Shown in pieces: positions 46,121 through 54,742 of a DNA stretch of 64,000 nt (positions are counted from its first letter, which is position 1; the number at the start of each line of letters is the position of its first letter). The notes below the pieces were generated by a model. It saw only the letters and a list, made by a program, of their open reading frames with translations, searched no databases and was not told the origin of the DNA. The stretch spans positions 269,609 to 333,608 of the forward strand of contig CAVXUP010000009.1 in the NCBI GenBank assembly GCA_963765005.1. Reading direction: 5' to 3'. Made by a program: the position numbers and the translations under genes. Source of the stretch: an uncultured Bacteroidales bacterium. Lineage in GTDB: Bacteria; Bacteroidota; Bacteroidia; Bacteroidales; VadinHA17.

Positions 46121-47524
46121 ATGAAACCATTTATTAATGAAAATTTTCTTCTAGGGAATAAAACAGCGGTTGAACTCTACCATAATTTTGCTGAAAATCA
46201 ACCAATTGTGGATTTTCACTGTCACTTGTCTCCATCGATGATTGCAGAGGACCGGCAGTTCACGAACCTCACTCAGGCCTGGCTGGAAGGAGATCATTAT
46301 AAATGGAGGGCCATGCGGACAAACGGAATCAATGAAAAATATTGCACGGGAAATGAACCGGATGTTGAAAAATTCAAAAAGTGGGCAGAAACCGTTCCTG
46401 CTACAGTTGGCAATCCTTTATATCACTGGACGCACCTTGAACTGGCAAGGTACTTCAATATAACAAAGCTTTTGTCGCCTTCAACAGCCCTTGATATTTA
46501 CGAAGAAGCTTCGGCTCTGCTCCAGACCAAAGAGTACACAACAAGAGCAATGATCTTAAAGATGAAGGCTGAGGTAATATGTACCACGGATGATCCGACT
46601 GATACTCTGGAGCACCACCTGAAACTCAGGGGCAGCTTTCCATCGAAGGTACTCCCGACCTGGAGGCCCGACAATGTAATTAAAACTGAAGATACAGTAA
46701 AGTTCCGTGCCTATATTCTCAGGCTTGGAGAAGTATGCGGCACGGAGATAAAGGATTTTTCAGGACTCATTGAGGCTCTTGACCAGCGTCACAGGTTCTT
46801 TCATGAGACAGGTGGCCGACTGTCAGATCATGGGCTTGAACGATTCTACTTTGCGCAGTATACATCCTCTGAAACAGATAAGATCTTCAAAAAGCTTCTT
46901 AAAGGTGACGATATTTCACCTGAAGAGACTGAAAAGTACAGAACAGCTATAATGACTGAGTTATGCAGGATGAACCATAAAAGAGGCTGGACTCAGCAAT
47001 TCCATGTAGGGGCGTTAAGAAATAACAATTCACGTGCCTTCAGACAGATGGGACCTGATACCGGCTGGGACTCTATAGGAAACTCTCAGGATTCAGTGAA
47101 AATATCAAAATTCCTGAGTTCTCTTGATGACAGTGATTCACTTGCAAAAACAATACTGTATAACCTGAATCCTGCTGATAATGAAATGATGATCACTATG
47201 GCCGGGAATTTTAATGACGGATCAACGGCGGTAAAAGTACAGTACGGGGCTGCATGGTGGTTCCTCGATCAGAAAAACGGGATGGAGAAACACCTGAAGG
47301 ATCTTGCATCACTGGGACTCTTAAGAAGGTTTATCGGTATGGTAACTGATTCAAGGAGCTTCCTCTCCTACCCGAGGCATGAGTATTTCAGAAGGCTGGC
47401 ATGCAACTTTGTGGGAGAAGAGGTAGAGAAGGGACTTATTCCCGACGAGGAGGAGCTGCTTAAACCATTGATTGAGGGTATTTGTTATACCAACGCAAGG
47501 AATTATTTTGGATTTAATAAATAA
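46121..47524 (+). CDS. uxaC: Glucuronate isomerase (uronate isomerase)
   Basis: FINENFLLGNKTAVELYHNFAENQPIVDFHCHLSP, GDHYKWRAMR, GNPLYHWTHLEL; 467 aa. Confidence 0.95.
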   Translation: MKPFINENFLLGNKTAVELYHNFAENQPIVDFHCHLSPSMIAEDRQFTNLTQAWLEGDHYKWRAMRTNGINEKYCTGNEPDVEKFKKWAETVPATVGNPLYHWTHLELARYFNITKLLSPSTALDIYEEASALLQTKEYTTRAMILKMKAEVICTTDDPTDTLEHHLKLRGSFPSKVLPTWRPDNVIKTEDTVKFRAYILRLGEVCGTEIKDFSGLIEALDQRHRFFHETGGRLSDHGLERFYFAQYTSSETDKIFKKLLKGDDISPEETEKYRTAIMTELCRMNHKRGWTQQFHVGALRNNNSRAFRQMGPDTGWDSIGNSQDSVKISKFLSSLDDSDSLAKTILYNLNPADNEMMITMAGNFNDGSTAVKVQYGAAWWFLDQKNGMEKHLKDLASLGLLRRFIGMVTDSRSFLSYPRHEYFRRLACNFVGEEVEKGLIPDEEELLKPLIEGICYTNARNYFGFNK

Positions 47525-47534
47525 GTAAGACTAT

Positions 47535-48377
47535 ATGAATGATCTGAATCTTAAAGGCAAAGTTGCCGTTATAACAGGGGGAGCAGGGATCATCTGCTCA
47601 ACAATGGCAAAATCTCTTGCCGCCCAGGGTGTAAAAACCGTTATACTTGATCTGAACAAGGAGGCCGCTCAGGAAGTTGCCAGAGAGATTGAGAAGGAAT
47701 TTAAAACCCAATCAATAGGAGTCTCCGCCAGCGTCCTTGACAAGGCGTCACTTGAGGCTGCAAGATCTGAGATAAATGAGATCCTCGGTCCAGTTGATAT
47801 CCTTGTAAATGGAGCAGGTGGCAATTCACCTGCTGCCACAACAAAGGTTGAAAAGATGGAGGGTACCGAAGATGAAAATCCGGCTGACACCTTTTTCGGA
47901 CTTCAGATTGAAGGCTTTGACAAGGTCTTTGATCTTAATTTCAAGGGAACCTTGCTGCCTACAATGGTTTTTGCATCTGATATGGTTATGAAGAAATCAG
48001 GGGTGATAATCAACATCTCATCGATGAACTCTTACAGGCCTCTCACAAAAATTGCAGCCTATTCTGCAGCCAAAGCTGCTGTTAATAATTTCACACAATG
48101 GCTGGCTGTGCACTTCTCCAAAACAGGGATAAGGGTAAATGCAATTGCCCCTGGGTTTCTCCTTACAAATCAGAACAGATTCCTCCTTATTGATGAGAAA
48201 ACCGGAGGGCTGACTCCAAGAGGTAAAAAAATCATAAACGGAACCCCGATGGAAAGGTATTGTCTCCCGGAAGAGTTAACAGGAACACTCATTTACCTTG
48301 TCTCCGACCTTTCGAAATTTGTCACAGGAATTGTAATACCTGTCGACGGGGGGTTTAGTGCATATAGTGGCGTATAG
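47535..48377 (+). CDS. SDR oxidoreductase, YjmF/UxuB-like (fructuronate/mannonate oxidoreductase candidate)
   Basis: GKVAVITGGAGIICSTMAKSLA, NGAGGN, and S...YSAAKAAV (Y-x3-K). Located directly after uxaC. Confidence 0.7.
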   Translation: MNDLNLKGKVAVITGGAGIICSTMAKSLAAQGVKTVILDLNKEAAQEVAREIEKEFKTQSIGVSASVLDKASLEAARSEINEILGPVDILVNGAGGNSPAATTKVEKMEGTEDENPADTFFGLQIEGFDKVFDLNFKGTLLPTMVFASDMVMKKSGVIINISSMNSYRPLTKIAAYSAAKAAVNNFTQWLAVHFSKTGIRVNAIAPGFLLTNQNRFLLIDEKTGGLTPRGKKIINGTPMERYCLPEELTGTLIYLVSDLSKFVTGIVIPVDGGFSAYSGV

Positions 48378-48505
48378 GAGTAGCGGCGTAGCGGCGTAAT
48401 GGCGTAATGGCGTAATGGCTTAGTGACGTAATGGAATATTGGTAAAAGTATTATAAGTAAGGATTCTGAATAAAAACACGAAACCCGAAACCCGAAACCC
48501 GAAAC
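48378..48505. repeat. Octamer array (GGCGTAAT/GGCGTAGC), then a heptamer array (CCCGAAA x3.5)
   Basis: gagtagcggcgtagcggcgtaatggcgtaatggcgtaatggcttagtgacgtaatgg ... cacgaaacccgaaacccgaaacccgaaac. Confidence 0.95.
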
Positions 48506-48520
48506 TAAAAACTATTTGAG

Positions 48521-49810
48521 ATGGCTAGAAATGTAATAGTTGCACAATCAGGGGGGCCATCCCCGGTCATAAACAGCTCGTTAAGGGGCATCATCGAGAC
48601 CTGCAGGATGTTTCCGGATAAATTTGGAAAAGTCTATGGCGGATGGCATGGCATTGAAGGGGTGCTAAACGAGGAGCTTCTGGATCTTTCCTCACAAAAT
48701 GAGGAGGAAATAGCGCTTCTGAGAAATACCCCTGCAGCAGGAAGTATTGGTACCTGCCGTTATAAACTAAAGGATAAACAGCAGAAGGATTTTCAGAGAA
48801 TTATGGAGGTTTTTCAGGCTCACGACATTGGGTATTTCTTCTATATCGGGGGAAATGACTCGCAGCATACTGCTTTTAAAGTCAGCGAGCTTGCAAAGAC
48901 AAAGGGCCTTGATCTCATTGCTGTCGGGGTTCCGAAAACAATTGACAATGATGTTGGCGACAATGAGTTCAAACTCATCGACCATACTCCTGGTTATGGC
49001 AGTGTTGCAAGATACTGGTCGCATATAATCCAGAATGCGAATGAAGAAAATATGGGATCTGCTCCGGCAGACCCTGTGCTTGTTATACAGGCGATGGGAA
49101 GGAAAATCGGTTACATACCTGCAGCAGCAAGGCTTGCCGATCCTAAAAGGGAAATGCCCTTGCAGATCTATATGGCTGAGTCAAAGGTTTCAATTGAAAC
49201 CCTTGCCGACAATGTAAATAATCAGCTGAAGGCAGATGGAAGATGCCTTGTTGTCATAAGTGAAGGTTTTGACGTTGGGACGATCGGTGAGGTAAAGGAT
49301 GCTTTTGGACATACCTCTTTTGGCTCGAGCCAGAATTCCGTCTTCCAGACTGTAGTCAACTACCTGAACAGCAAAGGACTGAAGGCAAGGGGAGCTGCCC
49401 GCGGACAGGTTATGGGCACCGATCAGCGTCATACCACGGCATATGCCTCCATCGTCGATCTTGATGAAGCATACAAGGTTGGACAGAAAGCTGTTGAAAT
49501 AGCACTATATGAAGGAAACGGCTGGATGGCAACAATACTCAGGGAACCGGGCTTGATTTATAATGTGCGCTACGATAAGGTACCTCTTGAAAAGGTTGCT
49601 CTGTCTGAAAGGACCTTCCCTGAAAAATGGATAGCCCCGAACAGGTACGATGTAACGGACGAGTTTCTTGCTTACGTCAGGCCACTCGTCGGAGAAGACT
49701 GGCCATCGGTTCCTATGATTAACGGAAGACAGCGATTCTCGCGGCTCGAAATGAAATTCGCCGATAAAATACTTCCATCCTATAATCTGGAAGCCTATGA
49801 GAAACAATGA
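48521..49810 (+). CDS. Phosphofructokinase-family enzyme with the PPi-dependent signature (Asp/Lys)
   Basis: VAQSGGPSPVINSS, YIGGNDSQ (fourth residue Asp rather than Gly), GVPKTIDNDV (Lys rather than Gly), MGRKIGYI. Confidence 0.8.
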   Translation: MARNVIVAQSGGPSPVINSSLRGIIETCRMFPDKFGKVYGGWHGIEGVLNEELLDLSSQNEEEIALLRNTPAAGSIGTCRYKLKDKQQKDFQRIMEVFQAHDIGYFFYIGGNDSQHTAFKVSELAKTKGLDLIAVGVPKTIDNDVGDNEFKLIDHTPGYGSVARYWSHIIQNANEENMGSAPADPVLVIQAMGRKIGYIPAAARLADPKREMPLQIYMAESKVSIETLADNVNNQLKADGRCLVVISEGFDVGTIGEVKDAFGHTSFGSSQNSVFQTVVNYLNSKGLKARGAARGQVMGTDQRHTTAYASIVDLDEAYKVGQKAVEIALYEGNGWMATILREPGLIYNVRYDKVPLEKVALSERTFPEKWIAPNRYDVTDEFLAYVRPLVGEDWPSVPMINGRQRFSRLEMKFADKILPSYNLEAYEKQ

Positions 49811-49819
49811 TTAAAATTA

Positions 49820-49890
49820 TTCGGTCTTCGGTCTTGACTTTTGTCTTTTCACTTTTATCTTTTTACTTTTGTACTTTTATCTTTTGTCTT
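49820..49890. repeat. Graded heptamer array (GGTCTTC decaying to CTTTTNT)
   Basis: ttcggtcttcggtcttgacttttgtcttttcacttttatctttttacttttgtacttttatcttttgtctt. Confidence 0.95.
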
Positions 49891-49900
49891 AAAATATCAT

Positions 49901-50782
49901 ATGAACCCACACGATCAATTATTAAACCTGAAACCCGAAAAGGAGTTTTTCATCGGAATTGATTCCGATGGTTGTGCATTTGATACTATGGAGATAAAGC
50001 AGAAAGAATGTTTCTGCCCAAACTTCATAAAATATTTCAAAATGCAGCCTGTATCAAAATATGCCCGCGAAACATGGGAATTTGTAAACCTCTATTCAAC
50101 AAACAGGGGCTGCAATAGATTTCTTGCTGTAAATGAAACACTTAAGCTATTGTCTACCCGTCCGGAAATCAAAGCGCGCAACTTTTCGGTCCCTGATCCT
50201 GCTTCTCTTATTGAATGGACAAAGAAGGAGACTAAACTGGGAAATCCTACTCTTAAAACCTATGCTGCAGAGATAAAAGATCCCTTCATCTCCCAGACCC
50301 TCGAATGGTCGCTCAGGGTAAATGAGGATATCGAAAAGATGGTATTCGGGATAACTCCTTTCCCGTTTGTAAGAGAGTGTCTTGAGAAAATGAAGCCGAA
50401 AGCAGATGCAATGGTCGTTTCGCAAACTCCTTATGATGCTCTGAAAAGAGAGTGGGAAGAGAATAAAATTGATCATCATCTGAGAATGATAGCCGGTCAG
50501 GAACATGGTACAAAAACCGAGCACCTTAAATATGCAGCGAAAGGAAAATATCCCGATGAGAAAATTCTTATGATTGGAGATGCAAACGGCGACCTGAAAG
50601 CCGCAAAATCAAACGGAGTGCTCTTCTTCCCTATAAATCCGGGTAAAGAAGAGGCATCGTGGGAAAGATTATATAAAGAAGGTATGGACAGGTTCTTTGC
50701 CGGCACATACAAGGGTGCTTATGAGGATGAGCTGATAAGGGAATTTGAGACCTATCTGCCGGAGCATCCACACTGGAGATAG
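49901..50782 (+). CDS. HAD-superfamily hydrolase (phosphatase-like)
   Basis: Motif I FFIGIDSDGCAFDT (DxD); motif IV MIGDANGDLKAA. The 20 upstream codons in the tracked ORF translate the repeat array. Confidence 0.75.
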   Translation: MNPHDQLLNLKPEKEFFIGIDSDGCAFDTMEIKQKECFCPNFIKYFKMQPVSKYARETWEFVNLYSTNRGCNRFLAVNETLKLLSTRPEIKARNFSVPDPASLIEWTKKETKLGNPTLKTYAAEIKDPFISQTLEWSLRVNEDIEKMVFGITPFPFVRECLEKMKPKADAMVVSQTPYDALKREWEENKIDHHLRMIAGQEHGTKTEHLKYAAKGKYPDEKILMIGDANGDLKAAKSNGVLFFPINPGKEEASWERLYKEGMDRFFAGTYKGAYEDELIREFETYLPEHPHWR

Positions 50783-50856
50783 CAGGGTGCAGGGTGCAAG
50801 GTGCAAGGTGCAGGGTGCAGGGTGCAAGGTGCAAGGTGTAAGGGAAGAAAGGAAGG
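50783..50856. repeat. Heptamer array (GGTGCAG/GGTGCAA x9)
   Basis: cagggtgcagggtgcaaggtgcaaggtgcagggtgcagggtgcaaggtgcaaggtgtaagggaagaaaggaagg begins 1 nt after the stop. Confidence 0.95.
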
Positions 50857-50877
50857 ACATTTAATAATATCAAAGCT

Positions 50878-52149
50878 ATGATATACTTTAAAGCAGGATC
50901 TGAGAACAGTGTGATTGGCCATAAAGATCTGGAGGCAGGTCTTTATGAGGCGCTTGAAAAGCTCGGAGCAAGGAAGAAAGTACTTGTTGTTCCTCCTGAT
51001 TTCACAAGGTTCCACTCGAGAGCCGGTGATATCACCTCTTTAATCTACAATTATTACAAAGATGGATTAAAGGACGTACTTCCTGCTCTCGGAACTCATG
51101 CACCTATGTCAGATTATGAACTTAATGAAATGTTCAGAGGTGTTCCGAAGGAGCTATTTCGCATTCACGACTGGAGGAAGGATGTTGTTACTGTTGGCAC
51201 CGTCCCTGGCGAATTTGTATCAGGTATTACTGACGGGGCTGTTGACTACTCATGGCCTGCTCAGCTAAACAACCTTGTTTATAACGGAGGGCATGATCTT
51301 ATTATCTCTGTTGGTCAGGTTGTCCCTCACGAGGTGATAGGAATGGCAAACTATAACAAGAACCTTTTTGTGGGAACAGGTGGTCCCGAAGGAATCAATA
51401 AGAGCCATTTTATCGGAGCCGTATATGGCATGGAGCGAATCATGGGAAAAGCAGACAATCCTGTCCGGAGCCTTCTGAACTATGCTTCAGCCAATTTCAC
51501 AAAACATCTTCCCATTGTCTATGTGCACACTGTAATTGGCCGTAATGAGGCTGGGAAGCTTGTAATACGTGGACTTTTTATAGGCGACGACGAGGAAGTT
51601 TTCAGACTTGCTGCAGAGCTCTCCATCAAAGTAAACTTTACTCTGGTTGAAAAACCACTGCAAAAAGTTGTTGTATATCTCGATCCTGCAGAATTTAAAA
51701 GCACCTGGCTTGGAAATAAAAGCATATACAGGACAAGAATGGCGATGGCTGATAACGGGGAACTGATAGTGCTGGCCCCGGGTTTGAAAGAGTTTGGAGA
51801 AGATAAGGAGATCGACAGGCTGATAAGAAAATACGGTTACTTCGGAACGCCTCAAACACTGAAATCGCTTAAAGAAAATGAAGAGCTGAGATCTAATCTG
51901 AGCGCTGCCGCTCACCTTATCCATGGCAGCTCGGAAGGAAGATTCTCGATTACATATTGTCCCGGCTCTCTCTCTGAACAGGAGATAGAATCAGTGAATT
52001 TCAGATATCACGATCTTAAAGAAATGATAAGTAAATATAATCCTGAAAAACTGAATGAGGGATTTAACACGTTGGGTGACGGCGAGGAGATATTTTATAT
52101 TTCAAATCCGGCCCTCGGACTATGGACCTCAAAAGAAAGACTTACATAA
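50878..52149 (+). CDS. LarA-like (DUF2088, nickel-pincer-dependent 2-hydroxyacid racemase/epimerase superfamily) protein
   Basis: VVPPDFTRFHS (the D-x-T-R motif). GQVVPHEVIGMANYNKNLFVG (His then Lys at +10, spaced like LarA His174/Lys184). KSHFIG. Confidence 0.7.
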   Translation: MIYFKAGSENSVIGHKDLEAGLYEALEKLGARKKVLVVPPDFTRFHSRAGDITSLIYNYYKDGLKDVLPALGTHAPMSDYELNEMFRGVPKELFRIHDWRKDVVTVGTVPGEFVSGITDGAVDYSWPAQLNNLVYNGGHDLIISVGQVVPHEVIGMANYNKNLFVGTGGPEGINKSHFIGAVYGMERIMGKADNPVRSLLNYASANFTKHLPIVYVHTVIGRNEAGKLVIRGLFIGDDEEVFRLAAELSIKVNFTLVEKPLQKVVVYLDPAEFKSTWLGNKSIYRTRMAMADNGELIVLAPGLKEFGEDKEIDRLIRKYGYFGTPQTLKSLKENEELRSNLSAAAHLIHGSSEGRFSITYCPGSLSEQEIESVNFRYHDLKEMISKYNPEKLNEGFNTLGDGEEIFYISNPALGLWTSKERLT

Positions 52150-52176
52150 CATAAAGTATCATAGGAGATTTCCGGA

Positions 52177-53166
52177 ATGATAAACTGGGGTATAATAGGC
52201 TGCGGCAATGTCACCGAGGTAAAGAGCGGTCCTGCATTTAACAAGATCAGGGATTCCAGACTTATTGCCGTAATGCGAAGAGACCGGCAGATGGCTGAGG
52301 ATTATGCCAGCAGGCATAATGTTCCAAAAGTTTACTCCGATGCATCAGACCTTATAAATGACAAGGATATTGACGCGGTTTATATCGCGACACCTCCGGG
52401 AAGTCATGCCGGATATGCAATTGAAGTTATCAAAGCACGAAAACCTGTTTATATCGAGAAACCGATGGCTGCCAGTTATGCTGAATGCCAGATGATAAAC
52501 CTTGCGGCGGAGAAGCATAATGTGCCGGTCTTCGTTGCCTACTACAGAAGAGCTCTTCCCGGATTCCTGAAGGTAAAAGAGCTTATCGAGGAAGGTAAGA
52601 TCGGGAAGGTGCGCTTTGTTCAGATCGAGCTGTTCAAACCAGCTTCAATTGAAGAAAAATCCGGAAATCCTTCGTGGCGTGTTAATCCCGAAATTGCAGG
52701 AGGGGGACATTTTTTCGATCTGGCATCTCATCAACTGGATTATCTTGATTATCTTTTCGGACCGATTGTAAAAACAGCATCGGTGGTACTTAACCAGGCC
52801 GGACTTTATGAAGCAGAAGACATGGTTGCTGCCAGCTTTATATTTGAAAATGGTGTAGCAGGATCAGGGATATGGTGCTTCAGCGTTTCGCCTGAATTGC
52901 GAAGAGACACAATCGAGATTATCGGGGAAAAGGGAGCAATCAGTTTTTCCACATTCAGTTTTGAATCAATAAAGGTTACAACTGAAACAGGGATACATGA
53001 ATATGAGAACGAACGGCCTGAGCACGTGCAATACTACCTGATTGAAAAAATCGTTCAGGAACTTGAAGGCAAAGGGAAATCACCGAGTACCGGGATAACT
53101 GCTGCAAGAACAAGCAGGATAATGGATGAAATTGTGAAAGAATATTACAGGGGAAAAAGACAGTAG
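52177..53166 (+). CDS. Gfo/Idh/MocA-family NAD(P)-dependent oxidoreductase
   Basis: INWGIIGCGNV Rossmann start, AVYIATPPGSHAGYA, VYIEKPMA. Confidence 0.9.
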   Translation: MINWGIIGCGNVTEVKSGPAFNKIRDSRLIAVMRRDRQMAEDYASRHNVPKVYSDASDLINDKDIDAVYIATPPGSHAGYAIEVIKARKPVYIEKPMAASYAECQMINLAAEKHNVPVFVAYYRRALPGFLKVKELIEEGKIGKVRFVQIELFKPASIEEKSGNPSWRVNPEIAGGGHFFDLASHQLDYLDYLFGPIVKTASVVLNQAGLYEAEDMVAASFIFENGVAGSGIWCFSVSPELRRDTIEIIGEKGAISFSTFSFESIKVTTETGIHEYENERPEHVQYYLIEKIVQELEGKGKSPSTGITAARTSRIMDEIVKEYYRGKRQ

Positions 53167-53168
53167 AC

Positions 53169-53240
53169 TGAAGACCGAAGACCGAAGACCGAAGACAGAA
53201 GTCAGAAGTAAGAAGTAGGAAGTAAAAAGTAAGAAGACAA
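53169..53240. repeat. Graded heptamer array (GAAGACC x3 decaying via GAAGACA, GAAGTCA, GAAGTAA...)
   Basis: tgaagaccgaagaccgaagaccgaagacagaagtcagaagtaagaagtaggaagtaaaaagtaagaagacaaaa. The unit is the reverse complement of the unit at 49820. Confidence 0.95.
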
Positions 53241-53264
53241 AATAGAAATCATAAATTATTAATT

Positions 53265-54719
53265 ATGAACAAATTATCTGATATTGGTTTAGTAGGACTT
53301 GCGGTAATGGGTGAGAATCTTGTACTCAATATGGAGAGTAAGGGCTTCCAGGTAACCGTGTATAACCGTTCAACCCAGAAGGTTGATGAGTTTCTTGCAG
53401 GCAGGGCAAAGGGCAAGAAAATAATTGGATCTCATACAGTCGAAGAGCTTATAAGCTCCCTTGAAAAACCGAGAAAAGTTATGCTGATGATAAAAGCAGG
53501 AAAGGCTGTTGACGAGATGATAGAAACACTTATCCCCCACTTGTCGCCCGGCGATATAATAATTGACGGAGGCAACACACATTTCCCTGACACAAACAGG
53601 CGTACTGCATATGTTGAGAGCAAGGGTCTTCTCTACATTGGCACCGGGGTATCGGGAGGTGAAGAGGGTGCACTGCTTGGCCCTTCAATAATGCCGGGCG
53701 GGTCAAAGGCAGCATGGCCTGTAGTGAAGCCGATTTTCCAGGCTATAGCAGCCAAGGTTGAGGATGGATCTCCATGTTGCGACTGGGTCGGTGAGAATGG
53801 TGCCGGCCATTTTGTAAAAATGGTACATAACGGGATAGAGTATGGCGATATGCAGCTCATTTGTGAGGCGTACCAGATAATGAGAGACTTGCTGCATATG
53901 AGCGCTGACGAAATGCACGTGGTCTTCCGCGAATGGAACAAGGGTGAACTTGACAGTTACCTGATTGAGATAACGAGAGATATACTGGCTTATAAAGATA
54001 CCGATGGGAAACCGCTTGTTGACAAGATTCTTGACACTGCAGGACAGAAAGGGACTGGAAAATGGACAGGTGTTGCTGCACTTGATCTCGGTATTCCTCT
54101 TACCCTTATAGGTGAAGCAGTATTCTCAAGGTGCCTCTCTGCCGTAAAGGATGAAAGAGTAAAAGCATCAGCAATACTCAAGGGACCTTCATCTGAGTTT
54201 AAAGGTGACAAAACAGCTTTTATAAACGATCTCAGGGATGCCTTATATGCTTCTAAAATAGTCTCGTATGCCCAGGGTTATGCCCTTATGCAGGCTGCAG
54301 CTGAAGAGTATAAGTGGAAGTTGAATTATGGAGGAATTGCTCTGATGTGGAGAGGAGGATGCATAATCAGATCAGCCTTCCTTGGTAAAATAAAAGAGGC
54401 TTTCGATAATAATCCTGACATAACAAATTTACTTCTTGATCCATTCTTCACAGAAAAAGTTGAAAAAGCACAGAAAGGATGGAGAAATGTCGTATCGGCA
54501 GCTGTCAGTAACGGAATACCTGTCCCTGCAATATCTTCAGCTCTGGGATACTTCGACGGATACCGCTGTGAAAAGCTTCCTGCAAACCTCCTTCAGGCAC
54601 AGCGTGACTATTTCGGAGCGCACACATACGAGCGCACAGATAAACCACGCGGCGAATTTTTTCATACAAACTGGACAGGGCGCGGAGGAACCACTGCATC
54701 TTCAACTTACAATGTCTAA
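53265..54719 (+). CDS. gnd: 6-phosphogluconate dehydrogenase, decarboxylating
   Basis: IGLVGLAVMGENLVLNMESKGF, IIDGGNT, GTGVSGGEEGA, HFVKMVHNGIEYGDMQLI, QAQRDYFGAHTYER. Confidence 0.95.
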   Translation: MNKLSDIGLVGLAVMGENLVLNMESKGFQVTVYNRSTQKVDEFLAGRAKGKKIIGSHTVEELISSLEKPRKVMLMIKAGKAVDEMIETLIPHLSPGDIIIDGGNTHFPDTNRRTAYVESKGLLYIGTGVSGGEEGALLGPSIMPGGSKAAWPVVKPIFQAIAAKVEDGSPCCDWVGENGAGHFVKMVHNGIEYGDMQLICEAYQIMRDLLHMSADEMHVVFREWNKGELDSYLIEITRDILAYKDTDGKPLVDKILDTAGQKGTGKWTGVAALDLGIPLTLIGEAVFSRCLSAVKDERVKASAILKGPSSEFKGDKTAFINDLRDALYASKIVSYAQGYALMQAAAEEYKWKLNYGGIALMWRGGCIIRSAFLGKIKEAFDNNPDITNLLLDPFFTEKVEKAQKGWRNVVSAAVSNGIPVPAISSALGYFDGYRCEKLPANLLQAQRDYFGAHTYERTDKPRGEFFHTNWTGRGGTTASSTYNV

Positions 54720-54742
54720 GCTCATAAACTAATCTAACCCGG

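Noticed and set aside
50631-51015. Minus-strand ORFs of 63-87 aa with HLAPCTLHLAPCTLH-type repetitive peptides.
   Set aside because: They translate the GGTGCAG/GGTGCAA heptamer array and otherwise lie antisense to well-supported genes.
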